64,000 bases of DNA from Actinomycetota bacterium (lineage in GTDB: Bacteria; Actinomycetota; Acidimicrobiia; Acidimicrobiales; UBA10347). The position numbers were made by a program, and so were the translations under genes. Numbering within the stretch: position 1 is the first letter of the stretch; the number at the start of each line of letters is the position of its first letter. Shown piece after piece: positions 8,601-17,983 of the stretch. The DNA is taken from the NCBI GenBank assembly GCA_039028435.1, contig JBCCIC010000011.1, positions 102,761 to 166,760 of the forward strand. Reading direction: 5' to 3'. The notes beneath the pieces were generated by a model. That model did not search any database, had not been told where the DNA came from, and was given only the letters and a program-made list of their open reading frames with translations.

Positions 8601-9628
8601 CGGGCCACCAGGTAGCGGAACACGCTCTCGAGGTCTTCGTCGAGTGGCCGGACTTCGAGCAGCCGTGCCCCGGCCGCCTGCGCCAGGGGCGCGATCACGA
8701 GCGCCAGATCGACCCCATCGATCGTGTTGAGCTCGATGGCTTCGTCTCGAATCTCGACCCCGGTGATCCCGGGGCGAGTGATCAATGCCGAGGCGAGCTC
8801 ACGGACCCGATCGGTGCGCACCCGCACCCGCCGCGGCCGATCGTCCATGAGCTCGCGGATCTCCCGGAAGTCGCCCTCCGCGGCCAATCGACCCTTGGAG
8901 ATCACGACGACGTTCGACCCGAAGCGCTCAACCTCCTCGAGCACGTGACTCGACACGATCACCGCCCGACCTTCATCGGCCAACCGATGAAACAGCTCGA
9001 CCATGTGAAGACGCTGGCGGGGGTCGAGACCACTGAGTGGCTCGTCGAGCATGATGACCCTCGGTGCGTGGACGATCGCCTGCGCAAGCTTGACCCGCTG
9101 GCGCATGCCCTTGCTGTAGGTCGGCAAGCGTCGATCATCGTCGGGATCCAGCTCGACCAAGTCGAGGACGCGCCGGGCCTCGGTGTCGGCCTCGACGACA
9201 CCCTGAAGCTCCGCCGAGGCCCGTACGAACTGGAGCGCCGTCAGATAGCCGAACACGGCTTCCTGCTGCGGCGCGATGCCGATGTTCGCCGCCGCGCCAG
9301 GGTCGCTCCGTGGGTCCATCCCCAGGACTCGGATCGTGCCGCTCGAGGGACGGGCGAGACCCGCGAGCATCCGCAACACGGTCGACTTGCCGGCGCCATT
9401 CGGGCCGAGAAGGGCGGTCACCCCGGGCCTCACGTAGAAGCTGACATCGCTGACCGCTACCAGGTCGCCGAACCACTTCGACACGTGCTCGACGACCAGC
9501 ATGGCGTCGTCGGGAGGTGGCGCCAGCTCCATCGGCGGCGCCTGCCCGGCGACGGGCACCGAGCCTGGCGGCGGAGGCGGCGGCGGAGTTGGGGGCGGTG
9601 GAGTTGGCGGCGGTGGGGGCTGGTTCAT
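8597..9628 (-). CDS. ABC transporter ATP-binding protein with a polyproline N-terminal extension
   Basis: Walker A GPNGAGKST, signature YSKGMRQR, Walker B VIMLDEPLSGLD. N-terminus MNQPPPPPTPPPPTPPPPPPPGS. Start set to ATG 9628 (ATGA overlap with the upstream permease stop). The track start is 9658. Confidence 0.85.
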   Translation of the reverse strand: MNQPPPPPTPPPPTPPPPPPPGSVPVAGQAPPMELAPPPDDAMLVVEHVSKWFGDLVAVSDVSFYVRPGVTALLGPNGAGKSTVLRMLAGLARPSSGTIRVLGMDPRSDPGAAANIGIAPQQEAVFGYLTALQFVRASAELQGVVEADTEARRVLDLVELDPDDDRRLPTYSKGMRQRVKLAQAIVHAPRVIMLDEPLSGLDPRQRLHMVELFHRLADEGRAVIVSSHVLEEVERFGSNVVVISKGRLAAEGDFREIRELMDDRPRRVRVRTDRVRELASALITRPGITGVEIRDEAIELNTIDGVDLALVIAPLAQAAGARLLEVRPLDEDLESVFRYLVAR

Positions 9629-10494
9629 CGCTCGACCGCCAGGACCTGATACCTCCACCAGGTGATCACCAGACCGGCGATGGCGTAGGCGACCGACATG
9701 GCGATCAACGGCCCGCCGGGCAGCGAGTCGAGGCCGACGAAGTCGAACACCGGGTCATCGAAGACCCGCTCGGCGGCCTCGCTGAGGACCTGACTCGGTG
9801 CGGCCAACAGGATCCATCGATTGACGGCCGAGCCGTCCACCAGTCCTGCGGGCACGATGCTCGTGATGAGGAAGAACGCCACGATACTCACGCTCGCGAT
9901 GGCCCATCGACGAGGAATCGACGACACGAACATGCCGAGCCCGGTATAGGCCGCGGCGGTCAGCGCGCCGATGAACACGGCCTGCCCGATCACCTCGAAG
10001 AAGCCCAGCACCCCGTCGGGCCCGGCGCCGGCGAAGGTGTATCCCAGAATCAGGAACAGGATCGGGCCGACGCACACGATCAGCATGACGATCCAGATGC
10101 CGAGCGCCCGGGCGAGTACGTAGGTCGTACGGGTGAGCGGCGACGCCAGGTAGAGCGCCAACATCCCGTTCGTGCGGTCGGTCGTGATGACTCCTGGTGA
10201 GACCGCAGCGGCGAACAGGAACAGGGCCAGCCCGCTCAGCCCGAAGTAGTCGCCATAGCCGACGAGATCGTTGGCGATCTCGCCTCCGAGAAAGATCGCC
10301 AACGCGGTCATGAAGAGCGCCGGCAGATACGCGATGGCGATGGTCGCCATCGGGGCCAGCTTGTGACGTGCCGAGCGCTTCAGCCCCAACGAGCGACGAA
10401 TCGTGTGGACGACCAGGCTGCGCACGGCCCAGCCGACACCCTGGCGCTCGCCGGTGTAGGCCCGATAGCCGAGATCGTGGATCTGGCTCGTCAT
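9625..10494 (-). CDS. ABC-2-type transporter permease (first pair)
   Basis: 289 aa, multi-TM. N-terminus MTSQIHDLGYRAYTGERQG. ATGA overlap with the upstream ATPase stop. Confidence 0.7.
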   Translation of the reverse strand: MTSQIHDLGYRAYTGERQGVGWAVRSLVVHTIRRSLGLKRSARHKLAPMATIAIAYLPALFMTALAIFLGGEIANDLVGYGDYFGLSGLALFLFAAAVSPGVITTDRTNGMLALYLASPLTRTTYVLARALGIWIVMLIVCVGPILFLILGYTFAGAGPDGVLGFFEVIGQAVFIGALTAAAYTGLGMFVSSIPRRWAIASVSIVAFFLITSIVPAGLVDGSAVNRWILLAAPSQVLSEAAERVFDDPVFDFVGLDSLPGGPLIAMSVAYAIAGLVITWWRYQVLAVER

Positions 10495-11468
10495 GAGTCA
10501 CCCCCAGCCGGTACCGCCCCAGCGTCGAGGAACAGATCCTCCAGCGTGATCGTCCGCTCGGTCAGCCGGCGCAACCCGACACCTGCTTCCACGACCGAGT
10601 CGCGAATCTCGTCGTATACCGCTCCGTCGAACTCGCGGGTATCGACAGCCTCGACCGGTGCCGATACGAGCAGTTGGCCCGAACGGATCTCGACGTTTCG
10701 CCCACGCCGCCGCAGAGCCTCGGCGACCTGCTCGGAGCGCTCATCGACCTCGACCACGATCCCGGAACCACCCTGGCGAAGCTCGGCCAACTCGCCGGCC
10801 AGGCGCACCGAGCCGTCGGCAATGATCACCACGTGATCGCAGGTCCGCTCGACTTCTTCGAGGAGGTGCGATGACATGACCATGCTGATTCCGTAGTCGG
10901 TGCCGATCCGACGGATCAGGGCGAGCATCGCATCGCGCTGTACGGGATCGAGGCCGTCGGTCGGCTCGTCGAGCAGGACCAAAAGCGGGTCATGGGCGAT
11001 CGCAGCGGCCAGTTTGACGCGCTGGCGCTGTCCGGTCGACATGGTGCCGATCGGCCGGAACCGTTCCTCGCCGAGGCCGACCAGCCAGAGCGCGTCGCTG
11101 GCTCGCTCGTTGCTCGCCGCGGCCGGCAAGCCGTGAAGCTGGGCGAGATGGCGGACCAGGTCGGCGGCCTGGACATCGGCCGGGAGATGGTGGTGTTCCG
11201 GGGAGTAGCCGATGCGGGCTCGGATCTCGGGGCCGGCAATGGTCGGGTCCTGCCCGAGGACCTCGAGCTGGCCGCCATCACGCTGATCGACTCCGAGAAC
11301 CAGCGAGAGCAAGGTGGTCTTGCCGGCGCCGTTCGCCCCCAGCAGGCCGGTCAGACCCGGGGAGATGTCGACCGAGATGTCCCGCAGAACAACGTGGTCG
11401 CCATAGGACTTGGCGACGCCGCCGGCACGGATCACCGGGCTTCTCGCCGCGGAGTCCGGCATCGCCAT
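10491..11468 (-). CDS. ABC transporter ATP-binding protein (ABC-2/DUF4162-type C-terminal extension)
   Basis: Walker A GANGAGKTT, signature MSTGQRQR, Walker B LVLLDEPTDGLD. The real start is ATG 11468 (MAMPDSAARSPVIRAGGVAKSYG). The track ORF runs upstream to 11966 through cysC in another frame. Confidence 0.88.
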   Translation of the reverse strand: MAMPDSAARSPVIRAGGVAKSYGDHVVLRDISVDISPGLTGLLGANGAGKTTLLSLVLGVDQRDGGQLEVLGQDPTIAGPEIRARIGYSPEHHHLPADVQAADLVRHLAQLHGLPAAASNERASDALWLVGLGEERFRPIGTMSTGQRQRVKLAAAIAHDPLLVLLDEPTDGLDPVQRDAMLALIRRIGTDYGISMVMSSHLLEEVERTCDHVVIIADGSVRLAGELAELRQGGSGIVVEVDERSEQVAEALRRRGRNVEIRSGQLLVSAPVEAVDTREFDGAVYDEIRDSVVEAGVGLRRLTERTITLEDLFLDAGAVPAGGDS

Positions 11469-11478
11469 GCCCGCGAAG

Positions 11479-12174
11479 CTAGTCGATTTCGAGATCGAGT
11501 GCGTCGAGGATCTGCTCGACGCACGTCGCCAACGGGATCGAGGTGTCGACCACGATCTCGGGATCAACCGGTGGCTCATACGGTGCCGAGATACCCGTGA
11601 ACTCGGGAATCTCACCGGCGCGCGCCTTGGCGTAGAGGCCCTTGACGTCGCGCGATTCGCACACCTCGAGTGGGGTGTCGACGAACACCTCGACGAAGGC
11701 GTCGGACGGGTGGAGTGCACGGACCGAGTCGCGGTCGAGCCGGTACGGGGACACAAACGCCGTGAGCACAAGGAGCCCCGCGTCCTGGAAGAGGCGACAA
11801 ACCTCGCCGATGCGTCGGATGTTCTCGGTGCGGTCCTCGGGAGCGAAGCCGAGGTCGCGGTTGAGCCCGAACCGGACATTGTCGCCGTCGAGCACGTAGG
11901 CCGCCATGCCTCGCTCGACGAGCGCCGCTTCGAGGGCGAAGGCCAAGGTGGACTTGCCCGAGCCACTCAACCCCGTGAACCAGACCGTGCGACCGGTGTG
12001 ACCAAAGTTCGCGGCCCGGTCCGCACCACTCACGTGACCCTCGGCCCGCACAATGTTCTGCGAGACAGGCTCGGTGTTCTGCGAGACAGGCTCGGTGTTC
12101 TGCGAGACAGGCTCGGTGTTCTGCGAGACAGGCTCGGTGTTCTGCGAGACCGGCTCGAGCGGTGCGTCAGCCAT
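11479..12174 (-). CDS. cysC: Adenylyl-sulfate (APS) kinase, stand-alone, with a repeat-containing N-terminal tail
   Basis: P-loop [33 protein letters not shown]-terminus has EPVSQNT x4 plus EPVSQNI. The start overlaps the cysNC stop by 8 nt. Confidence 0.92.
   Translation of the reverse strand: MADAPLEPVSQNTEPVSQNTEPVSQNTEPVSQNTEPVSQNIVRAEGHVSGADRAANFGHTGRTVWFTGLSGSGKSTLAFALEAALVERGMAAYVLDGDNVRFGLNRDLGFAPEDRTENIRRIGEVCRLFQDAGLLVLTAFVSPYRLDRDSVRALHPSDAFVEVFVDTPLEVCESRDVKGLYAKARAGEIPEFTGISAPYEPPVDPEIVVDTSIPLATCVEQILDALDLEID
12055..12159. repeat. 21-bp tandem repeat, 4 identical copies plus 1 diverged copy, in frame within the cysC 5' end
   Basis: The unit gttctgcgagacaggctcggt is read directly at 12055-12075, 12076-12096, 12097-12117 and 12118-12138. 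The fifth copy at 12139-12159 reads gttctgcgagaccggctcgag. Confidence 0.97.
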
Positions 12175-14086
12175 CGAGGAAGCGGCGCTCTTCCATCATG
12201 GCGATGATCAGCTCGACGCACTCCTGGGTGCTCTGCACCGAGGTGTCGAGTCGCAGGTCGGCGTCGGTCGGCCGTTCGTAGGTCGAGGAGATGCCCGGGA
12301 ACTGCGGAATCTCACCGCGCTCGGCGGCCTCGTAGAGCCCATTGGGGTCACGCTGGCGACAAACCTCGATCGGCGTGTCGACGAACACCTCGAGGAACCG
12401 ATCGGAACCGATCAACTCGCGGGAACGCTGGCGAACGCTGTCCTTGGGCGCCGAAAGCGCAGCGATGGCAATGAGGCCCTGACCATTGACGAGCCGCGCG
12501 ACTTCGGACACACGACGAAGGTTCTCGCTGCGCTCCTGGGCGGAGAAGCCAAGGTCGCGACTGATGCCCAGGCGCACGTTCTCGCCATCGAGTCGGATTG
12601 CCGTCTTCCCCAGGTCAAACAGGCGTCGGGCCAGCGCTGTGGCGATCGTCGACTTGCCGGCGGCGCTCAGTCCGGTGAGCAACAGCGTGCAGGGCTGCTG
12701 TCCGAAGCGGACCGCACGCTCGGCCTCGGAGATCTCCGACACCTGCCGGACCAGGCTGGCCTCAGGGGCGCGATCCCAGCTCGAGGATGCGCCGCTGATC
12801 ATGCCCGCCGCCACCGTGGCGTTGGACAGGCGGTCGACCAGGATGAACGAACCGGTCTGGCGGTTGGTGGCGTAGGGGTCGAACAGCAGCTCACGATCCG
12901 ACGTGATCGCACAGACTGCGATGTCGTTGAGCTCCAACGCGTTGGCCTGCTGCTCTTCGAGCGTGTTGATGTCGACCCGATGGCGGATGGTGGTGACCGA
13001 CGCGTTGCTCAGGCCGTTCGACGACTGCATCAGATACTGACGACCCGGTTCGAGCGCAGCGTCGGCCATCCAGACGACCGTGGCATCGACATCGTGAGCC
13101 CGCAACGGAGCGTGATGAGGCCCGACCAACAAGTCGCCTCGGCTGACGTCGATCTCATCGGCGAGGGTGACGGTGACGGCCCGCCCGGGCCCGGCGATGT
13201 CGAGGTCGCCGTCGAAGGTGACGATCCGCTCGACGGTCGACCCCACGCCGGACGGCAACGACACGACCGAATCGCCGGGCCGCAGCACACCGGAGGAGAT
13301 CGTGCCGGCGAACCCTCGGAAATCGAGGTCGGGCCGAACGACCATCTGGATCGGCATGCGGAAGCGTTCGAGATCGACGCCCGGCTCGACGTCGACCGAT
13401 TCCAGGTGCTCCATCAGGGTCGGGCCCTCGAACCAGCCGAGATTGTCACCGGCATCGACGACGTTGTCACCCAACAGCGCACTCATCGGGAGGAAGTACG
13501 GGTCGACCAGTTCGAGCGACTTCGAGAATTCGCGGTAGTCGGCACAGATCTCGTCGAAGCGCGACTCGGACCACTCGACGAGGTCCATCTTGTTCACGGC
13601 CACCACCACATTGCGGATGCCGAGCAGGCTGGCGATGTAGGTGTGCCGCTTGGTCTGGGCCAAGACGCCGTAGCGCGCATCGATCAGGATGATCGCCAAC
13701 TGGCAAGTCGAAGCGCCCGTGACCATGTTGCGCGTGTACTGCTCGTGGCCGGGCGTGTCGGCGATGATGAACTTGCGCTTGGCGGTCGAGAAATAGCGGT
13801 ACGCGACGTCGATAGTGATGCCCTGCTCGCGCTCGGCCTTGAGGCCGTCGGTGAGCAGTGCCAGATCTGGTGCGTCGCCGGTCGTGCCTTGGGTCGTCGA
13901 GTCGGCCTCAAGGGCGGCGAGGTGATCCTCGTAGATCATCTTCGAGTCGTGCAGCAGCCGGCCGATCAGGGTCGACTTGCCATCATCGACACTGCCGCAC
14001 GTCAGAAAACGCAGCAGGTCCTTGCGTTCGTGCTCGGCCAGGTAGGCCTCGATGTCGGTGGCGATGAGGTCGGACTGGTGAGACAC
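12167..14086 (-). CDS. cysN: Bifunctional sulfate adenylyltransferase subunit 1 (CysN GTPase) fused to an APS-kinase-like domain
   Basis: N-terminus [35 protein letters not shown] (GTPase G1/G3/G4). C-terminus [13 protein letters not shown]...[16 protein letters not shown] (APS-kinase fold). Confidence 0.93.
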   Translation of the reverse strand: MSHQSDLIATDIEAYLAEHERKDLLRFLTCGSVDDGKSTLIGRLLHDSKMIYEDHLAALEADSTTQGTTGDAPDLALLTDGLKAEREQGITIDVAYRYFSTAKRKFIIADTPGHEQYTRNMVTGASTCQLAIILIDARYGVLAQTKRHTYIASLLGIRNVVVAVNKMDLVEWSESRFDEICADYREFSKSLELVDPYFLPMSALLGDNVVDAGDNLGWFEGPTLMEHLESVDVEPGVDLERFRMPIQMVVRPDLDFRGFAGTISSGVLRPGDSVVSLPSGVGSTVERIVTFDGDLDIAGPGRAVTVTLADEIDVSRGDLLVGPHHAPLRAHDVDATVVWMADAALEPGRQYLMQSSNGLSNASVTTIRHRVDINTLEEQQANALELNDIAVCAITSDRELLFDPYATNRQTGSFILVDRLSNATVAAGMISGASSSWDRAPEASLVRQVSEISEAERAVRFGQQPCTLLLTGLSAAGKSTIATALARRLFDLGKTAIRLDGENVRLGISRDLGFSAQERSENLRRVSEVARLVNGQGLIAIAALSAPKDSVRQRSRELIGSDRFLEVFVDTPIEVCRQRDPNGLYEAAERGEIPQFPGISSTYERPTDADLRLDTSVQSTQECVELIIAMMEERRFLDG

Positions 14087-15019
14087 CTAGAAATACCCTT
14101 CCCGCTTCTTCTCCTCCATGGAGCCCGACTGGTCGTAGTCGATCACCCGACCCTCGCGCTCGCTGCGGGTGGCCAGGAGCATCTCCTGGATGATGTCGGG
14201 GAGCGTGGCGGCGGTCGACTCGACCGCGCCAGACAACGGGTAACAGCCCAGCGTGCGGAAGCGGACCGATCGCATCTCAGGCTCTTCGCCGTCCTCGAAT
14301 TGGAACCGGTCGTCGTCGACCATGATCGGCACGCCATCGCGCTCGACGACGGGACGAACCGCCGAGTAGTAGAGCGGCACGATCTCGATCTCCTCGAGAT
14401 GGATGTACTGCCACACATCGAGTTCGGTCCAGTTGCTGATCGGGAAGACGCGGATGCTCTCGCCGCGGTCGACTCGACCGTTGTACAGGCTCCACAACTC
14501 GGGGCGCTGGTTCTTCGGATCCCAGCGGTGATTCCGGTCGCGGAACGAAAACACGCGCTCCTTGGCACGCGACTTCTCTTCGTCGCGACGAGCCCCGCCG
14601 AACGCCGCATCGAACTGGCCGGCGTTGAGCGCTTGCTTCAGCGCTTGGGTCTTCATGATGTCGGTGTAGTTCTTCGACCCGTGATCGAACGGGTTGATGC
14701 CGTCGGCCACACCGTCTTGGTTGGTGTGCACGATCAGGTCCAGCCCGAGCTCATCGGCGATGCGATCGCGAAAAGTGATCATCTCCCGAAACTTCCACGT
14801 GGTGTCCACGTGCAGCAGCGGAAACGGGATCGGTCCGGGATGAAACGCTTTGCGCGCCAGATGCAACAGCACCGACGAGTCCTTGCCGATCGAATACAAC
14901 ATCACCGGCCGCTCGAACTGGGCGACCACCTCACGAATGATGTGAATCGCCTCGGCTTCGAGCTGCTTCAGATGGGTCAGCCGCAACTCGGCAGGCAACG
15001 TCAAATCAGCGACGGACAC
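14087..15019 (-). CDS. cysD: Sulfate adenylyltransferase subunit 2
   Basis: [17 protein letters not shown]...[16 protein letters not shown] (PP-loop SxGKDS)...[14 protein letters not shown]...TLGCYPL, the canonical CysD pattern. It directly abuts the cysN start. Confidence 0.95.
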   Translation of the reverse strand: MSVADLTLPAELRLTHLKQLEAEAIHIIREVVAQFERPVMLYSIGKDSSVLLHLARKAFHPGPIPFPLLHVDTTWKFREMITFRDRIADELGLDLIVHTNQDGVADGINPFDHGSKNYTDIMKTQALKQALNAGQFDAAFGGARRDEEKSRAKERVFSFRDRNHRWDPKNQRPELWSLYNGRVDRGESIRVFPISNWTELDVWQYIHLEEIEIVPLYYSAVRPVVERDGVPIMVDDDRFQFEDGEEPEMRSVRFRTLGCYPLSGAVESTAATLPDIIQEMLLATRSEREGRVIDYDQSGSMEEKKREGYF

Positions 15020-15105
15020 GCGTGATCCCCGATCGGTAGAGCAGTCGAAGCCTACCGACTGTGTCCGATCGAGGGCCGCGTGTGACGAGCGTTACGGAGT
15101 CGGAC

Positions 15106-15882
15106 CTAGACGGATTCGAGCAGTGCCTCGGGCGAGACCGACATCAGCGACAGCGGTTGCGCGGAGACGACCCGGCGGGGGTCGGGCTCAGTCGCCAGCG
15201 CGGTCAGCGCCACGTAGGTCGCGGCGAGCCACGACACCGGTTGCACCGTTCCCGTCGACCCCTTGACCGCCATGACGGCACCGATCGTGGCGTCGTTGAA
15301 GACGGTGAAGATGTCGCTGTCGGTCCACCCCGGTCGTAGACGCAGACCGAACGCGCTCAGCAGGTCGCGATAGAACGCCGCATAGCGGGTGCCCATCGCC
15401 TCCCGATGCTCCTGCACGGCTGCTTCGATCCGGTCGCTGTCGGAGCCGGTTCGAATCAGTGCCATCGCCGACAGGTGAACACCCGACTTGGGGTTCTCCA
15501 CCATGAAGTTGATGACCTGGCGAGCCGACTGTCGCAGGACCTCGAGCAGCAGCTCGGTCAGTTCGTCTGCGGATGGCTGACGGTCGGCGTCGTTCGCCTC
15601 GGCCATGAGGGGCGCAACGGCCTCCTCGAGCAGGGAGTAGTCCATGCCCGGCTCGAGTTCGATGACGCGTAAGACCAGCTGTTCCTGGAATGCTCCTTGT
15701 GGATCCAGCTCGCCGCCTCCGAACACCCGATACGCGGATGGTCGGGGTACACCCGAACGGTTGATTGCTTCTGCGAGCGAGACCGTGGCTACCCCAGCGG
15801 GCCCGACGCTTTCCAGCATCTCGAGCCCGGTGGACAACAACGCTTCGCGCGCCTGTTCAGCGGTAAATTTTCGTTTTCCCAT
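15106..15882 (-). CDS. TetR-family-like transcriptional regulator
   Basis: N-terminus EQAREALLSTGLEMLESVGPAGVATVSLAEAINRSGVPRPSAYRVF resembles the TetR HTH. It lies 86 nt upstream of cysD on the same strand. Confidence 0.6.
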   Translation of the reverse strand: MGKRKFTAEQAREALLSTGLEMLESVGPAGVATVSLAEAINRSGVPRPSAYRVFGGGELDPQGAFQEQLVLRVIELEPGMDYSLLEEAVAPLMAEANDADRQPSADELTELLLEVLRQSARQVINFMVENPKSGVHLSAMALIRTGSDSDRIEAAVQEHREAMGTRYAAFYRDLLSAFGLRLRPGWTDSDIFTVFNDATIGAVMAVKGSTGTVQPVSWLAATYVALTALATEPDPRRVVSAQPLSLMSVSPEALLESV

Positions 15883-15965
15883 GCCCTCGACCAGTTGGAA
15901 TTGGCCATCGTCGAGTCTAGTGCACTTGCCTCCCCTTGGCGATAACCCATGCAGAGGACTTGGCT

Positions 15966-16355
15966 CTAATTACCCAACGATGTCACCGTTGTCGCAATGG
16001 TTGGATCAATGATCCACTTTGGAAGGAAACCTTCCATCTCGTCAGACACCGTAACTCGAATCAGAGCTCCAGTACCGCTCTCCGTGGCTGTGTGCGTCAC
16101 AGACACGCTGAGTGGGCCTGCGCCAAAGGGCCGAGCCGACTCGGCGAACGACTGGACATCAAGCTCGGGATCGACGACAAGCGCACGCGAGACCTCACGT
16201 GCGGTATGGGTCACCGCCAGCTTGGTGAGCACGGCCACCGCCGCCTGGACCCCCATCGCCATGAACAGCAAGAGCACGGGGACCACGAGCGCGAACTCGA
16301 CGGTCGATTGGCCGCGACCGGAAGGACACTTCGTCACGGTCGTGCGATGCGTCAT
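15966..16355 (-). CDS. tadE: TadE-like pseudopilin / pilus assembly protein
   Basis: GRGQSTVEFALVVPVLLLFMAMGV is the TadE N-terminal motif. Start set to ATG 16355 (ATGA overlap with the flp stop). The track start is 16427. Confidence 0.75.
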   Translation of the reverse strand: MTHRTTVTKCPSGRGQSTVEFALVVPVLLLFMAMGVQAAVAVLTKLAVTHTAREVSRALVVDPELDVQSFAESARPFGAGPLSVSVTHTATESGTGALIRVTVSDEMEGFLPKWIIDPTIATTVTSLGN

Positions 16356-16555
16356 GGCAGCATCCCGGTGATCCGGTCGATGATCGAGTCGAAGAACTCG
16401 CTCACGGCGCCGGTGTTGCCGGCCCACGCCACCACCAGCATGGCGATGGTTGCGGCAGCGATGAGCACCAGGGCGTACTCGGCCGTCGTTTGGCCTCGCT
16501 CGGCGCGCATTTGGGAACGCACGGACGGACGAGAGGATCGGATGGACTGAAACAC
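16352..16555 (-). CDS. flp: Flp-type pilin (actinobacterial DUF4244-like)
   Basis: Leader followed by the ERG/QTTAEYALVLIAAATIAMLVV processing motif (G/xxxxEY). Start chosen at GTG 16555, with AAGGGG 7 nt upstream. ATG 16510 is the alternative. Confidence 0.7.
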   Translation of the reverse strand: MFQSIRSSRPSVRSQMRAERGQTTAEYALVLIAAATIAMLVVAWAGNTGAVSEFFDSIIDRITGMLP

Positions 16556-16625
16556 GGGAGCACCCCTTGTGGTGTCTTGGTTGTACAAACGGGGAAGCCG
16601 TTGGGTGAGCGCGCGGTAGTCGAGG

Positions 16626-17174
16626 TCAACTCGCGAACGAGCGCAGGGCATCGACGACGACCGGCGCGACGGTGAGCGCGAGGAAGCCGGGAAGCACGAA
16701 CACGGTCAGCGGAAGCAACATTCGGACCGGCAGTCGCCGAGCCTGAGCCTCGGCACGGCGGCGAGCATCGGCCCGGAGCGCGTCGGCGTGGCCAAGCAGT
16801 GCTTCGGTTGCCGGGGTGCCGTCCTCGATATGCGATCGCAGGATCGGGGCGATCCCCGCCAGCCCTGCATCTTCCAGCGCATCGATGAGCAGTGCCCCTC
16901 GACGATGCCGGGTGAGGGCCGAGATCAAGTGGTCGTGGCCGACCGCTCCCACCTCGACCAGCAGTTCGATCGTGCCGAGCAAGGAGCGGCCGCTACCCAG
17001 GCCGACGGCCACGAGGACGACCAAGTCGGGACCAAGCTCGGCGGTCGTCGCGGGGCCAGCGGACGTTGCCAGCGCACCAGGAGCCCGCTCGATACCTGCC
17101 GGGGATCGCCGGATCGGAGTCGGCATCAGCGTCGCCGTTGCCGTCAAACCAGCGATGACGAGGAGCGGGCTCAT
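16626..17174 (-). CDS. tadC: Type II secretion system F-family membrane protein (TadC-like)
   Basis: Assigned by position after tadB, its hydrophobic N- and C-terminal segments, and the conserved C-terminus LPLTVFVLPGFLALTVAPVV. Start at ATG 17174 (ATGA overlap with the tadB stop). Confidence 0.65.
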   Translation of the reverse strand: MSPLLVIAGLTATATLMPTPIRRSPAGIERAPGALATSAGPATTAELGPDLVVLVAVGLGSGRSLLGTIELLVEVGAVGHDHLISALTRHRRGALLIDALEDAGLAGIAPILRSHIEDGTPATEALLGHADALRADARRRAEAQARRLPVRMLLPLTVFVLPGFLALTVAPVVVDALRSFAS

Positions 17175-17983
17175 GGATGGACCGCCGCGACCAGCCGACG
17201 CATCCACACCAGACCCAGCGCATTGCAGGTCAGGCCGACGGCCAGGCACCAGCGACCAGCCGACGTCGCGAGCAGCGAACCGAGACCGCCAACGCCGACA
17301 AGGCTGCCGATCCCAACGAACGCGACCGGCAAGGCGATAAGTACTCGGGCCGAGGTCTCAGCCTGGGCGACCAGTACCCGGACCTCGTCGCGAAGCGCAA
17401 GGTCCTGCCGTAGCGCGGCGGCACCGATGTCGAGCCCAGCGGCGACCCGCTGTCCGCCGGCGGCGGCGACCGCGATCAGCACCGACGCATCGCGAGCGGC
17501 GGGAGGATCCCCGGGCTCGGCGAGCGCTTGCGTAGCTGACGCGAGTGTTGAACCCGCCTCCAGTCTCTGGCGAACCCGCTCGAAGCGGCTCGCGCCAGGG
17601 CGATCGGATGCACCCGCCCGTTCGATCGCGGCGACCAGTCCGTATCCGCTGCGGAGATCTCGCGCGACCGACTCCAAGGCTCCGGGGAGCGCACCCGCGA
17701 TGCGACTCGCCGCGCGATCGCGGACGCGCCACAACGCCATGAGTGGACCCACGATGAGCAGCCCGCCCAGTCCGACGCCGACGCGGACGCCGACCAGGAC
17801 GATGGCTGGGCCAACGAGTACCAGGCCGGCCAACACGCTTGCCGAGCCTGCGGCCCACTCGGCCGCCGAGACATCGGCTCGGTGCAGCAATCGCTCGACG
17901 CTTCGTGTACGCAAGACGGGTCGAACCGGCGCGACTGGATCGATCCCGCGGCTCTTGAACAGGCGCTCGACCGGATCACGCAC
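17171..17983 (-). CDS. tadB: Type II secretion system F-family membrane protein (TadB-like)
   Basis: 270 aa with TM segments at both ends. Its position is between tadA and tadC, with an 8-nt overlap on the tadA stop. Confidence 0.65.
   Translation of the reverse strand: MRDPVERLFKSRGIDPVAPVRPVLRTRSVERLLHRADVSAAEWAAGSASVLAGLVLVGPAIVLVGVRVGVGLGGLLIVGPLMALWRVRDRAASRIAGALPGALESVARDLRSGYGLVAAIERAGASDRPGASRFERVRQRLEAGSTLASATQALAEPGDPPAARDASVLIAVAAAGGQRVAAGLDIGAAALRQDLALRDEVRVLVAQAETSARVLIALPVAFVGIGSLVGVGGLGSLLATSAGRWCLAVGLTCNALGLVWMRRLVAAVHP

Noticed and set aside
12055-12159. Possible CRISPR array or regulatory repeat
   Set aside because: The 21-bp units are directly adjacent with no spacers. 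They lie in frame inside cysC, and no cas genes are present.
12053-15025. 990-aa plus-strand ORF, the longest in the track
   Set aside because: It lies exactly antisense to cysC, cysNC and cysD, whose products have unambiguous catalytic motifs. Its own translation is Arg/Gly/Asp/Val-rich with no motifs. This is a typical shadow ORF of GC-rich DNA.
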